A stretch of 64,000 nt of DNA. It comes from Aureliella sp. (GTDB lineage Bacteria > Planctomycetota > Planctomycetia > Pirellulales > Pirellulaceae). The notes below the pieces were generated by a model. The model searched no databases. It was not told the DNA's origin and saw only the letters and a program-made list of their open reading frames with translations. Shown piece after piece: positions 48,894 through 59,109 of this stretch (the stretch's first letter is position 1; every line of letters starts with the position of its first letter). Both the position numbers and the translations under genes were made by a program. Location of the stretch: positions 832,001 through 896,000 of the forward strand of contig OY829846.1 in the NCBI GenBank assembly GCA_963691875.1, written 5' to 3'.

Positions 48894-50693
48894 TCAATTC
48901 TCACTGGTCGAATCTGCAAACCGCCAACTCGGTCGCATGTTGCGTTCCAGCTCTCCACCTTGTAGAAATAGCCGCAATGGCTCAATCGGAATCGAGTGCT
49001 GCTTTAAAATCGCGTCGTGGAATTCTCGATTCGTCATCTTGCCCCCCTGCACAAACTCACGGTGCATCTCCCGAATCTGCAACCCTCCCAGCATATACGC
49101 TGCTTGATAAAGCGGGCTGTATCCTCCCATGATGGATCGCCGCACCTCCGCAGTCGCGGCAGAACGTTCGTGCCCAACCCTCTCGACCAAGTAATCAATG
49201 CATTGCTCCGGTGTCATCGTGCCAAGATGGTAACTTAACGAAAAGATGATCCTAGCGCAGCGGTGTTTTCGCCAGAACAACATCCCGACTCGATCCTCAG
49301 CGCTCTGTGCGAAGTCCAGGTCCCACAGCAGCATTTCCCAATAAAGAGCCCATCCTTCGATCCAGAAGGGAGTACTAAAGAGTTTGCGGTAGGGAAGATG
49401 ACGTGGCAGCATATAACTCTGCATGTGATGCCCGGGAATCAACTCGTGATGGACTGTCGCACGCGAGAAGTGCTCGTTGTTGCTCCGCATGCTCATCAGC
49501 TTCTCTTCATGCGTCATGTCGTCTGTTGGAAACGAGACGATAATAGTGTCACCGCCCAGAAAATACGGACTCACACGTTGCCGTTGCGGACTCATCATCG
49601 TCATCCGCCAGCCGTTGGCGGCCATCTCGGGAATTGTCAGCAGGTCATGAGACTCCAAGAACCGAATGGCTTCCCAGGCTAAATTGCGGATCATCTCAGG
49701 TTGATCTCCCGGCTGCACGTGCTTGGACTTGGTGTGCTCCATCGCAGCATTCCAATCAGGCCCGAAGCCCAACTCCTCACTTGCCTTTGCTAGCTCTATT
49801 TCACACCAAGTCATCTCGCGCTTCGCAAGCTCGATCAACTCTTCCGGCGTATGTACGATCCATTCGTGTTGCAGTTCGAGCTTCAATCCCTCGGCACCGA
49901 TTGGCAAGCCAACGATCGTCTCCTCGTCGGATTCCGGTACACCTACAATCTTGTCTCGTAGCAATTCTCTGTGGCGGGATAGTCTGGAACTCAATGATTC
50001 AAAGGGTTTCTTGGCCCACCAGCTGTACTGTGGGTCGTATCCCGAATAGAAATTGTGCATTTCACGAAGACGCGATGACAAACGCTGGACAAGACCAGCT
50101 GCACGCAATGCGTCAAGACGTTGTTGCACCGAATACGAAGGCTGAGAATTGCCAGCTGGTTTTGTCAGTAATTCACTTTGTAGCGCGACATTTTTGGCCA
50201 ACTTGTCATAAGCAGCGGCAATATCGCCCCCTACGATTCGCTCGACATTCTCACGATCGCGACACAACTTCACCATTTGCTGTGCATAGGGCAAATACAC
50301 TAAGGCAGCCTGATCACGCTGCCAATCAAGCGTCAGTTTCTTGAGCCGGTAATTGAGCTCGGACCGGAGCAAGATGAAGTCGATCTGAGCGACACGGTCG
50401 AGACCAGAGAACTCTAACGCTTCTAGCTTTGACAACCAGTCCTTTGTGACTTGAACTCTCAGTTGATGCGCTTTCTGGTCGAGCGGAATAGGATAGCGAT
50501 GATCCAGAGAACTGACGTCAGCAACGTATTGTTCAATGAATTCACGCACCGGGCTTTGGGCAAGTGCATCGCGAAAAAACCCAACACTAGTCGCAGCCAG
50601 CAACGTCAGAATTGCGAGAGGCCTGTTTGGCAGCCAAAAAACGATCGAGAAAAATACGCGGAATACGGAACTTGAGATGGATGCTTGGGACAT
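48894..50693 (-). CDS. DUF885 family protein (putative metallopeptidase-like)
   Basis: HHELIPGHH, EGWALYWE and YQAAYMLG. Start uncertain. Confidence 0.85.
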   Translation of the reverse strand: MSQASISSSVFRVFFSIVFWLPNRPLAILTLLAATSVGFFRDALAQSPVREFIEQYVADVSSLDHRYPIPLDQKAHQLRVQVTKDWLSKLEALEFSGLDRVAQIDFILLRSELNYRLKKLTLDWQRDQAALVYLPYAQQMVKLCRDRENVERIVGGDIAAAYDKLAKNVALQSELLTKPAGNSQPSYSVQQRLDALRAAGLVQRLSSRLREMHNFYSGYDPQYSWWAKKPFESLSSRLSRHRELLRDKIVGVPESDEETIVGLPIGAEGLKLELQHEWIVHTPEELIELAKREMTWCEIELAKASEELGFGPDWNAAMEHTKSKHVQPGDQPEMIRNLAWEAIRFLESHDLLTIPEMAANGWRMTMMSPQRQRVSPYFLGGDTIIVSFPTDDMTHEEKLMSMRSNNEHFSRATVHHELIPGHHMQSYMLPRHLPYRKLFSTPFWIEGWALYWEMLLWDLDFAQSAEDRVGMLFWRKHRCARIIFSLSYHLGTMTPEQCIDYLVERVGHERSAATAEVRRSIMGGYSPLYQAAYMLGGLQIREMHREFVQGGKMTNREFHDAILKQHSIPIEPLRLFLQGGELERNMRPSWRFADSTSEN

Positions 50694-51489
50694 ACACATA
50701 TGCAAACACATACACTTGATCAAAAAATCATAAATCCGTTCAATTACGAATCGCTTCGCGGAGGTGCAGAGCTTCAAGTATAGTCTTTGTGTTACGAAGC
50801 GTTGGCCCTCTGCTGCCAGTTGCCCACAGCAAAACGAGACTTCAATTTGTACTCCGAAGGCACTATCCGCGAGTCAGTCTCCCCAGTTTCAGTTCAACGC
50901 TATTTCGTTCGCTCACCTCGCCAACGCGACTCCATCCATGCAATCGGAAAAACGCCCCTTTGGGATGATCGCTCTTCGTATTTTGTTGCACTGACATCTC
51001 CCATACTCTTCTTGGGTGGACTTGCACTGACGATTCTGCAAGCCCGGTGCGCTGAACTAACTGCCTCTTTCATCAAAGGTAATATCGCAGCAGTTATTTC
51101 GACCGCCTGCCTTTCACGCAGAATTCGGACTCCTGCTACCCGATTCGCAGGAGAGCTTGTGTGCGTTTGTTGCCTACTTACCTTGCAGCCATATCAGGGA
51201 TGAATCCGCCAGCTCCTCAACAGCAGGGGATGAACCCTCGTTTCAAAGCTTCTGGACTTTTGTAATGTTAGCCAAAGGTACTGTAATGGCGTGGAAGGTT
51301 CGCTGGCCGAACGATCCGTCGGCAGAACGATAGCGCTCGTATCATTAGCCTTAGCTTCGCTTGCAAAAGCCGTAGAGGTCCGCGACGCACGCCGAATTCT
51401 GGTAAAGTCCTCCTAGCCTCGGTCGGCTAGCGTTCTGCAATCCAGCACGGCCAATTCCTCTGTTACCTTTTTCTGTCGGATGCTTTCTC

Positions 51490-52791
51490 ATGTCCACGCG
51501 TATTTGCCGCATATCTTCTCTTGCCCATTGCTTGTTATCGCTGTGTCTCGTGCCAACTTGTATTGTGAAAGGTCAGGGTTCGAAGGTTGTCGCAACGAGC
51601 GAGGCAACGAAAACGCGCAGCGAATTACCGCTTCGCTGGTGGAAGGGAAACCTGCATACCCATTCATTGTGGAGCGATGGGGATGATTTCCCAGAGATGA
51701 TCGCGGATTGGTACGCCAGCCGAGGTTACAACTTTTTGGCGCTCAGCGATCATAACATTCTCAGCCAGGGACAGCGGTGGATGAAGTTGGATGCGATTGT
51801 GAAACGGGCAGAACCGGACGTCCTAGAAAAGTACCAAACTCGTTTTGGTTCCGACTGGGTCGAAACTCGTGGAGAATCTGGCAAGAAAGATTTTGAAGTA
51901 AGGCTTAAACCGCTCGATGAGTTCGGGCCCTTGCTCAATCGCGCCGGGAAATTCCTGATGATTCCTGGCGAAGAAATCAGCGATCGTGCGGAAGGGAAGC
52001 CTGTCCATATGAACGCGACGAACTTGCAGGAGCTGATTCGACCACTTGGCGGAGATACAGTTCGCAAAACAATGGAAAACAATCTGCGATCCGTGTTGGA
52101 GCAAGAGAAAGCACTTGGGAAAGAGATTCTCGCTCATCTAAACCACCCGAACTTTGGTTATGCGGTTACAGCTGAAGACCTGGGATATGTCGTCCAGGAA
52201 CGTTTTTTCGAAGTCTACAACGGCCACCCTGCGGTCAATCAGCTTGGTGACAAGGAACATATGTCAATCGAGAAGATCTGGGACACTGCCAATGCGATTC
52301 GTGTCTGCCTATTGAACGCAGAGCCATTGTTTGGAATTGCCACGGATGACTCACACGAATATCACGGTCGCCCTGGCTCGACTCCAGGAAGAGGCTGGAT
52401 AATGGTCCAATCAAGATTCCTGACTCCAGAGCATCTGATCAAATCGATGAAGAGCGGAGACTTCTATGCATCAAGCGGTGTGTCTCTTGACAAAATTCAG
52501 TGGGATATCGACCAGCGGCGTCTATCCCTGCAAATTGTCAATCAAGATGGTATTGACTTTGTAACGGAGTTTATTGGAATCCGTGAAGCCCAATCAGGCG
52601 AGTTGCCGGCACCCGAGGATATCGGAGTAGTCTTGGGTACATCAGATTCCTTGACGCCGAGTTTTCAATGCCCAGACGGAATTCGGCTACTCCGTGCCCG
52701 AATCCGCAGCACCGAGGCTCATCCCAATCCTTCTCTGAAGAATCAAGTCTGCGAAGCCTGGACGCAACCGGTGGTGCTACCGATGAAGTAG
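51490..52791 (+). CDS. Exported PHP-domain metallohydrolase
   Basis: WWKGNLHTHSLWSDG, LSDHN, GEEI, NHP and ATDDSH. Confidence 0.85.
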   Translation: MSTRICRISSLAHCLLSLCLVPTCIVKGQGSKVVATSEATKTRSELPLRWWKGNLHTHSLWSDGDDFPEMIADWYASRGYNFLALSDHNILSQGQRWMKLDAIVKRAEPDVLEKYQTRFGSDWVETRGESGKKDFEVRLKPLDEFGPLLNRAGKFLMIPGEEISDRAEGKPVHMNATNLQELIRPLGGDTVRKTMENNLRSVLEQEKALGKEILAHLNHPNFGYAVTAEDLGYVVQERFFEVYNGHPAVNQLGDKEHMSIEKIWDTANAIRVCLLNAEPLFGIATDDSHEYHGRPGSTPGRGWIMVQSRFLTPEHLIKSMKSGDFYASSGVSLDKIQWDIDQRRLSLQIVNQDGIDFVTEFIGIREAQSGELPAPEDIGVVLGTSDSLTPSFQCPDGIRLLRARIRSTEAHPNPSLKNQVCEAWTQPVVLPMK

Positions 52792-53647
52792 TTCTTCAAC
52801 TTCCCTTTCCGCGAACTTCCGAGTTCCGCTGATTGACTACTTGCCACTGCTCAAGTAAGCGAATGAGCAAGAATTCCAAAGCCAAGTTATTGTGTTTGCA
52901 GAACCATTAGTGCCCGAGTACTTCAACCACAACTAATTCGGCATCATGCCCCAAGGATGGGTAAGCTCTTAGAACAGTCCTCATAGAGGGCGCCGCAAAG
53001 TCCTCGCCACCGACAATCTACAGAATTGTGAACGTACGCGCAGCACCTAAGAGACCTATGGGTCTCGCCCCGGAACAAGCGACTACAGCTGCCACCATCT
53101 AATTTTGCGTTCGCAAGTAGTCGCGCAAATACGCAGCCAATGAACATGTAGATCAAGTAAATGCGTCGAAGATCAATCTCAAATTCAGAGGTAATTCGGG
53201 CGAGCAATGCACGTCGCGACTGCATCCTATATCCTCAGCGCCAAACTCGAGTGCCGACCACATTGCATTGTTTCCAGCAGGACAGACCGACAGAAAGTCA
53301 TGATCAAGTGAGTCCGCCTGCCGTGAAAGGCCAACAAGCCAGGAACCGGTACCGATGGTTCATGTGGCTTGCCCCGGGGATACGAACGCTGCGTTTCGCC
53401 CAAGACAATCGAATGTGTCGAAACCTTGACTGCTAGTGGCAACGTCGGGAGCCATGCCAATGCAATGATGGCGAAAATCTTCCCAAGCCCAAAAATCAAT
53501 ATGTAGCGTTGGAATTTCAAACGTTGATGGTTCAACATGACAAGGTGAAGTTTGTTATAAGATCTCGCAGAATCACAATCGCGATGCGGAAAGTCAGATT
53601 TGAAACAGCCCGCGAAGCAACGTCCATGCCACGACGAATCAATCTCG

Positions 53648-54043
53648 CTACCGTTCACCTACGAGTACAGCGAACTTCCCTTCGATCTTCGAGGTCGTCT
53701 TGACGATCTCTTTCACCAAGCGTTTCTCGGAGGCGTTCCCACAGCCGTAGCGTTCAAGCAGCATCCCAAGCCAGTCACCTTCCTGCTGGTCAATTTCCCC
53801 CGGCGTTTCCATGTCTTGGACAAGCAATTTCGTAATGGATGCGACGAAGAAATCTCCCCATTCGAGACAATCATCATCATTCTCAGCTAGTGCTTGATTC
53901 GCACAGAAGAGTGTTACCACTTCGTCTTTATCAACAACCCAATCTGCGTCGACCAGTTCCTTGAGTTTCGCCACCTGCTCCATAGAGACCTTTCCATGGG
54001 CAAGAATCTCATTCAAGATTTGGTTAGCCGTTTGTTCACTCAT
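53648..54043 (-). CDS. Small acidic helical protein (TerB-like)
   Basis: 131 aa; D-rich repeated helix-loop motifs (DWVVDKDE, PGEIDQQEGDWL); gagga upstream. Confidence 0.6.
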   Translation of the reverse strand: MSEQTANQILNEILAHGKVSMEQVAKLKELVDADWVVDKDEVVTLFCANQALAENDDDCLEWGDFFVASITKLLVQDMETPGEIDQQEGDWLGMLLERYGCGNASEKRLVKEIVKTTSKIEGKFAVLVGER

Positions 54044-54108
54044 TTATCACTTAATCCTCGATAAGGGTTCTAATAGATGCTGCAAGCCGCAGCCCGCAAC
54101 GTCGACAA

Positions 54109-54128
54109 CATGAAACTTTCATGAAAGT
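54109..54128. promoter_or_regulatory. Overlapping palindromes, candidate operator
   Basis: Perfect 14-bp palindrome actttcatgaaagt (54115-54128) overlaps a 7-1-7 palindrome catgaaa-c-tttcatg (54109-54123), about 65 nt upstream of the 54043 start. Confidence 0.35.
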
Positions 54129-54258
54129 GACCTCCTGAACGCCAACCAAGATGCAACTCACTATAAGATGTCACCGCAACTACGAAGCAACCTTCGACAG
54201 AGCAGCGAGGTTGAGGGGCGGAAAGGTATCGCTCAAACGGCCAACCATGTTATTTAGC

Positions 54259-57192
54259 CTAGGAAGCAGGCTTCTCGGCCTCGTCAGCAATAGCCAATAC
54301 TTCGTTCAAGGCAGCGCGAAAGTTTGCAACAAATCTGGCGCCACCACCAACAAAGACGTGAGTCACCAAACCTTTCTTGTTGATAATCACCGTCTGCGGA
54401 ATCGCGTTTGCTTTGTAGGCTGCAGCGACTTCACCATCACGGTCCATCAACACGGTTGCATTCTTCAGATCAAGTCGCTTGATTGCAGCGGAGATTCGGT
54501 TCTCATTTTCCTGCAGGTTCACCGCTACTAGGTTCACTTTATCCACACCGGTTTCAGTGACGACCTCTTCCACAAGAGGCATTGTTTGCATGCAAGGTCC
54601 ACACCAGCTCGCCCAAAAGTCAAGTACAACGACCCGATCCCGATTCTCGTCTAGAACAAATCTATCGCCGCCAACTTTCTCCAAACCAAAGGCAGGCGCA
54701 GCATTTCCGACCAAGGCAGAGTCTTTCCCGCTGTTGGGATCGCCAACGCCGCCTTCGCCGTCATCAAGATACACCTTGGGATACTGTGCTAAAGCGAGTA
54801 TCCAAGGATCATCGTTGTATTCGCGAACACTTTCGCCAATGTTCCGCCCAAAGATAAGCTGATTCAAGTCACCAATCTCAACCGAACAGGCTCCCAGAAG
54901 CGAGCTTCTCCCGAACAGCTGATTTCCCGCGACTTTTTCTGGCTCAAAAGTAATACCACGGTCAAGAGATCCAATTGCATGCACACGAAACGGTGGTAGC
55001 TCAGCTTCGTTTCTCGCGACATCTTCTTCCTCACCCTCATCCCATTTCCGATCGTGCAACCATACGATCTGAGAAATCTGCTCTGCTGCGATCTCCTGCA
55101 CCTCTAAACGGATCTCAACTGTCAGAACCCCATTCTGAAGTGAGACGAGGCGTCCCCGAAGATAGTCGCCATAGATGGATTGGAAGAGGTGCGTGGGCGG
55201 ATCGTCTTTCAATCTTCGCGGAATCGTCTTCAATCTCTCAAGCAGCTTCTCCGTGAATTTCGGCCCCGACTTTTGCCGATTCAACCAAACGCTCTGCACT
55301 TGATCGTGAGCGGCAAATGTGGTTTCTGTCTGCGCCGAAGCAAATTTAAGCCCATTCTCATCTATGCTTTCAACCACACCAGTGATGGAATCACCCGTTC
55401 TAAAACTAATCTCAAGCCCCTCTTTTGTGCCGTCGGTTGAGGGCTTGCCTTCTCCGACGACTTCCCCTTTTCGTCCGTCTTTGCCGGGAACCATCATCGC
55501 ATTGATGACATTCACTATTCCCGCTCGCTGCGGCTGAGCATTCTGAGCAACCACAGGCGCTTTTCTCTGAGGTAGTTTCGCCCGATAGATAACTGCACCG
55601 CTAGTGTCCGCCAATAACTCGCTAGCATTGCGGCTGCCAAGAGGCTGCCAAAAGATAGCCGTTTCCGATTCAGCTGGTGAGTCTGACAACATGAAGCCTG
55701 AGAGCTGAGTTGCACCGATCTTCATCGTTCCAAGTTGTTTTTCTGCATGTGAAGGAATGAATCGCTTCGTCCTACCGATCAATCCGCGAAGGTCTTTTGG
55801 CTGGCAACTAAACTGATCAGTTCCGTCGGCCTTCGAAAAACCATCAATGCTAAATACTAACGCATCCTTCGATGGTGACATCGTCGCCACAAAACGGCTT
55901 CGATCCAACAGAACGATCTCTAGCTCCTTTTGCTCAATGCCTTTTTCATCCTTTTCGGTCGCGTCGCCTTCTTGATTCAGCTCCTTGAGACCTGGTATCT
56001 CTTCGGAGGCTTTGTCCTCACTCCCTTCACCTTCAGATCCCTCGGCGTCCGATGGTGCACCTTCTTGCTCAGGAACAGCGAAATCTCCTCTCCGCAACTT
56101 TAAAAGCGGCAACTCAACCTCAGAGCCTTCCGTCGCGATGAAAAAAACCCCCTTTTTCGCATCGTATCCCTGAATCGTACCGTTGATAACATTCTTGTCG
56201 CTGTCCAAAACCGTTCCGCGAACGGAACCAACCGCGATGCGACGATTCCCGTCCCACTCCCGCACCTCGAAACTTTCGACAGTCAATGAGGGGCCGAAGT
56301 TGGAAAGATGAACCGAGTTGCGAATCGTTTTGCGACTCGATGCAATTGAGACAGAATCCAATGGCCGTCCGTGCGCATCGCAGACAATGACGTCTCCCGA
56401 CTCCTGATCTACAAGCACCGTCAATCGCATGCGATTGTCAGTAGTATCAATGTCAGCCACGAGTGTGACATCAGCGACTTCTTGCCCTTCAAAAGTCGTA
56501 TTGCGAATGAGCACAAGCTGTTGATCCCAGACTTCCAGCCTTGCTGCTGCAGGGACATCCTCCGGAGATGAGACCTTGTTGGTTGCTGTAGTACCCAAGG
56601 ACAGCACAAAGTCAGGGGCGCCCTCCCAGGCAATAGAAAGGTCCACGCGAGCTTTCGCTGGCATGCCAACTTTGCCAACAATGGTCGATTCGGGAGACTT
56701 CGAGACCAATGCACCCGCGATAAACTCCCACTGCTCAGGCTTCTGGACACCCCAGTCCTCCGGAGCGATTGGTCCTTGGTAAACAATTTTTCCAGCAAAA
56801 GACCTGTCTCTCATCCTCGCTATTTGCTGACGATCGATCAGCATTCGACCGAGGATTTCATTTTCGATCTCCACATGAGTCTCGTTGATTCCTACCAAAC
56901 GCCCAGAAACACTAGCTCTGTTCTTCGTTTCGAATTCAAACAATCCCCGCTTTCCATCTTCAATCGGAGGGTTCTCCACCAGGCTAACTGATCTCAACGT
57001 AGCCAAGTCAAAATGGAAAGGCTCTCGAAACTCCTTAGACTTCCAACCTATGCTCGCCGGAATTTCGGATGGAACAATTTGACCGTTAGCAAAACTGCCA
57101 TCGTGCAGACGCAAACGCATCGGGTCTTCTGCTACCAGCTCTGAGCAAGACACTGCAAAGAGTAAAACGAAAACGGTATTGCGAATGGTCAT
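54259..57192 (-). CDS. Large exported TlpA-family thiol-disulfide oxidoreductase
   Basis: Signal peptide; C-terminal VVVLDFWASWCGPC…AIPQTVII thioredoxin fold; about 820 aa N-terminal region of beta-rich modules. Confidence 0.85.
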   Translation of the reverse strand: MTIRNTVFVLLFAVSCSELVAEDPMRLRLHDGSFANGQIVPSEIPASIGWKSKEFREPFHFDLATLRSVSLVENPPIEDGKRGLFEFETKNRASVSGRLVGINETHVEIENEILGRMLIDRQQIARMRDRSFAGKIVYQGPIAPEDWGVQKPEQWEFIAGALVSKSPESTIVGKVGMPAKARVDLSIAWEGAPDFVLSLGTTATNKVSSPEDVPAAARLEVWDQQLVLIRNTTFEGQEVADVTLVADIDTTDNRMRLTVLVDQESGDVIVCDAHGRPLDSVSIASSRKTIRNSVHLSNFGPSLTVESFEVREWDGNRRIAVGSVRGTVLDSDKNVINGTIQGYDAKKGVFFIATEGSEVELPLLKLRRGDFAVPEQEGAPSDAEGSEGEGSEDKASEEIPGLKELNQEGDATEKDEKGIEQKELEIVLLDRSRFVATMSPSKDALVFSIDGFSKADGTDQFSCQPKDLRGLIGRTKRFIPSHAEKQLGTMKIGATQLSGFMLSDSPAESETAIFWQPLGSRNASELLADTSGAVIYRAKLPQRKAPVVAQNAQPQRAGIVNVINAMMVPGKDGRKGEVVGEGKPSTDGTKEGLEISFRTGDSITGVVESIDENGLKFASAQTETTFAAHDQVQSVWLNRQKSGPKFTEKLLERLKTIPRRLKDDPPTHLFQSIYGDYLRGRLVSLQNGVLTVEIRLEVQEIAAEQISQIVWLHDRKWDEGEEEDVARNEAELPPFRVHAIGSLDRGITFEPEKVAGNQLFGRSSLLGACSVEIGDLNQLIFGRNIGESVREYNDDPWILALAQYPKVYLDDGEGGVGDPNSGKDSALVGNAAPAFGLEKVGGDRFVLDENRDRVVVLDFWASWCGPCMQTMPLVEEVVTETGVDKVNLVAVNLQENENRISAAIKRLDLKNATVLMDRDGEVAAAYKANAIPQTVIINKKGLVTHVFVGGGARFVANFRAALNEVLAIADEAEKPAS

Positions 57193-57289
57193 ACTAATCT
57201 CCGCAAGGACGAGCCTAGATTTTCGACTCGAGTTTCAGAAATAAAAGGATCGAATAAGGATTGATGATCAAAGCCAAGCATAGATGTGG

Positions 57290-58351
57290 CTATCTTTCAT
57301 ACACGGGCAAAAAACGATAATTCAACGCCAGCGCCAACAGGTTGAGTGAGGTCGAGACGGAGCCGCCATACTGACCAGAGAAGCTCCCGTCATCTTTCTG
57401 CGACGCCTTCAGCTTCCGTACTAAACCTCGATTCCATTTTTCCCAAGCACTAATATCGGCTTGAAACAGAGCTTGAGCTTCGTAGTAACGCGCGTACTCA
57501 GCATAATGTGAAGTCTCATTCATGTTGCTGATGACATACTTCTTCGCAGACTCAAATTGCTTCAAGTCCTTTCTCTTGGAAATCGCATACACCAAGCAGG
57601 CAATCGAACTGCGAGCAATGGAATTGCCAAACCCACCTAAGCCGCCGGAGTAGCCGACGGTTCCACTGTCACCGGTCATCGAAGAGAAATACTTGATCGC
57701 TGAATCGATCGATTTGTCTGGCACTTCAATTCCGGCATTCCTGGCCGCCAACAGGCCCATCAGGACAGCACCGCTCACGGAAGTGTCCGCATCACGGGCG
57801 TTGGGAGAGTAACGCCAAGCATTGTGAGGATTCTTCGATTGTGAAGTGATGGCACAGCGCACCGCCAGTTCCAGCGCTTCCCCAACGGATCTTTCTGAGC
57901 CCGCCTTGGGTGCGCCACTCTCCCACAGCGTAGACTCATCAACTGCCCCATAGGCCTCAGCGAGTCCCAGCATCGCAAAGCCATGGTGGTACATGCTATT
58001 GCCCATAAAACCCGTCGTTCCATTCTGGGAACGAATGATCGACCGCACTGCTCGACGAATGTTCTGACTGTACTTTCCAAAATTGGGGTCTTCACCAGAA
58101 GCGAGGAAAGCCATGAGACCGAGACCAGTCGTTCCAGGTCCCGACTGACCGTCGACCCAATTCCCTTCTTTGGCTTGTGACTTCACCAAGTACTGAAGTC
58201 CACGCTCTGTCATCTCGCGAACGTCACGCGGGACCACGTCACCCTGTGCAGCGAATGTTGGTTGCGCAATTACTTGTCCGGGTTGCATTCCCACAAGCCC
58301 GAAAGCACAGCATAAGATCGCCCATCGCCATTGCAAAAATTTGCTTACCAC
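57290..58351 (-). CDS. Exported prenyltransferase/squalene-oxidase-repeat (alpha/alpha toroid) protein
   Basis: QW-like repeats LVKSQAKEGNW, IIRSQNGTTGF and LKASQKDDGSF; MYHHGFAMLGLAEAYG; DADTSV. Confidence 0.85.
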   Translation of the reverse strand: MVSKFLQWRWAILCCAFGLVGMQPGQVIAQPTFAAQGDVVPRDVREMTERGLQYLVKSQAKEGNWVDGQSGPGTTGLGLMAFLASGEDPNFGKYSQNIRRAVRSIIRSQNGTTGFMGNSMYHHGFAMLGLAEAYGAVDESTLWESGAPKAGSERSVGEALELAVRCAITSQSKNPHNAWRYSPNARDADTSVSGAVLMGLLAARNAGIEVPDKSIDSAIKYFSSMTGDSGTVGYSGGLGGFGNSIARSSIACLVYAISKRKDLKQFESAKKYVISNMNETSHYAEYARYYEAQALFQADISAWEKWNRGLVRKLKASQKDDGSFSGQYGGSVSTSLNLLALALNYRFLPVYER

Positions 58352-59109
58352 CCTAGCGCTCCGCGGTTCTTGTTCTTTGTAAATTTCCTGAATGCCGCCA
58401 GCTGACTTTCGTCCAAGATTTCAGCGAGCTTAGTCTGATCAAGCGCGATGAGTCGGTTGGTTGCATGCTGCAGGGCCATCTGCCAGCGCTGCACTCCAAC
58501 CAAGTGCTTGTTCTCGTTGAAAGGCTTCGACTCCAATAGCTCAATCACTTTGGCACGCTGATCTGAAAGGAGCGGAATTGACTTCTCGAGTTCTACGAGT
58601 GCGGCTCGTGTCACCGCATCATCCAGCATCTTGCGACGTTCCTCGAGGTATTTGTCGTAGCGCTCCAGCTGCTCCTCAGTAAGGGCACCATCCAGCACTT
58701 TCACAAACAAGGACTTGTCGTCCAGAATGCCGGCCCCCATGATCTTCGTGTAAAGAGGGCTCACTAACTGCCAAGCCTCATTCATCTCTTTTTGATTCTG
58801 CATGTCGAGCCCCTTCGTCTTGGCTCGAACACGTTCCATCGCGCGATAAAAACGACTCAAATCACCCTTCAGCGCCAACTCAATCTTCATCGATTGACGT
58901 TCACTCAGTTCGAGTAGGCTCTTGATACGATCCAGCCGAAGATTCAAACGGCTTGAAAGGCTTCGCTTGAAACCTGCTTCGTCTTGGCCTTGAAAAAGAT
59001 ACATCGCGACGATGTCTTGATCCTGTCCAAAAACCTGAGCTGATGCAATGGTTGCTGGAAAAACGAGACAAGCAAAGGAAAGAATGATGAGATGGAATCG
59101 GGCAATCAT
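58345..59109 (-). CDS. Exported helical protein with LTxxQ-type repeats
   Basis: Signal peptide; LSERQ, LTEEQ, LSDQ and LDESQ. Overlaps both neighbours. Confidence 0.65.
   Translation of the reverse strand: MIARFHLIILSFACLVFPATIASAQVFGQDQDIVAMYLFQGQDEAGFKRSLSSRLNLRLDRIKSLLELSERQSMKIELALKGDLSRFYRAMERVRAKTKGLDMQNQKEMNEAWQLVSPLYTKIMGAGILDDKSLFVKVLDGALTEEQLERYDKYLEERRKMLDDAVTRAALVELEKSIPLLSDQRAKVIELLESKPFNENKHLVGVQRWQMALQHATNRLIALDQTKLAEILDESQLAAFRKFTKNKNRGALGW

Noticed and set aside
53051..53066. gagacc-tatg-ggtctc, two inverted BsaI sites resembling a Golden Gate cassette
   Set aside because: There is no other vector or synthetic sequence. A 6-bp-stem hairpin is expected by chance in 64 kb.
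57290..58351. Terpene/hopanoid biosynthetic gene cluster
   Set aside because: The protein is single-domain, exported and lacks DXDD, and no isoprenoid pathway genes are nearby.
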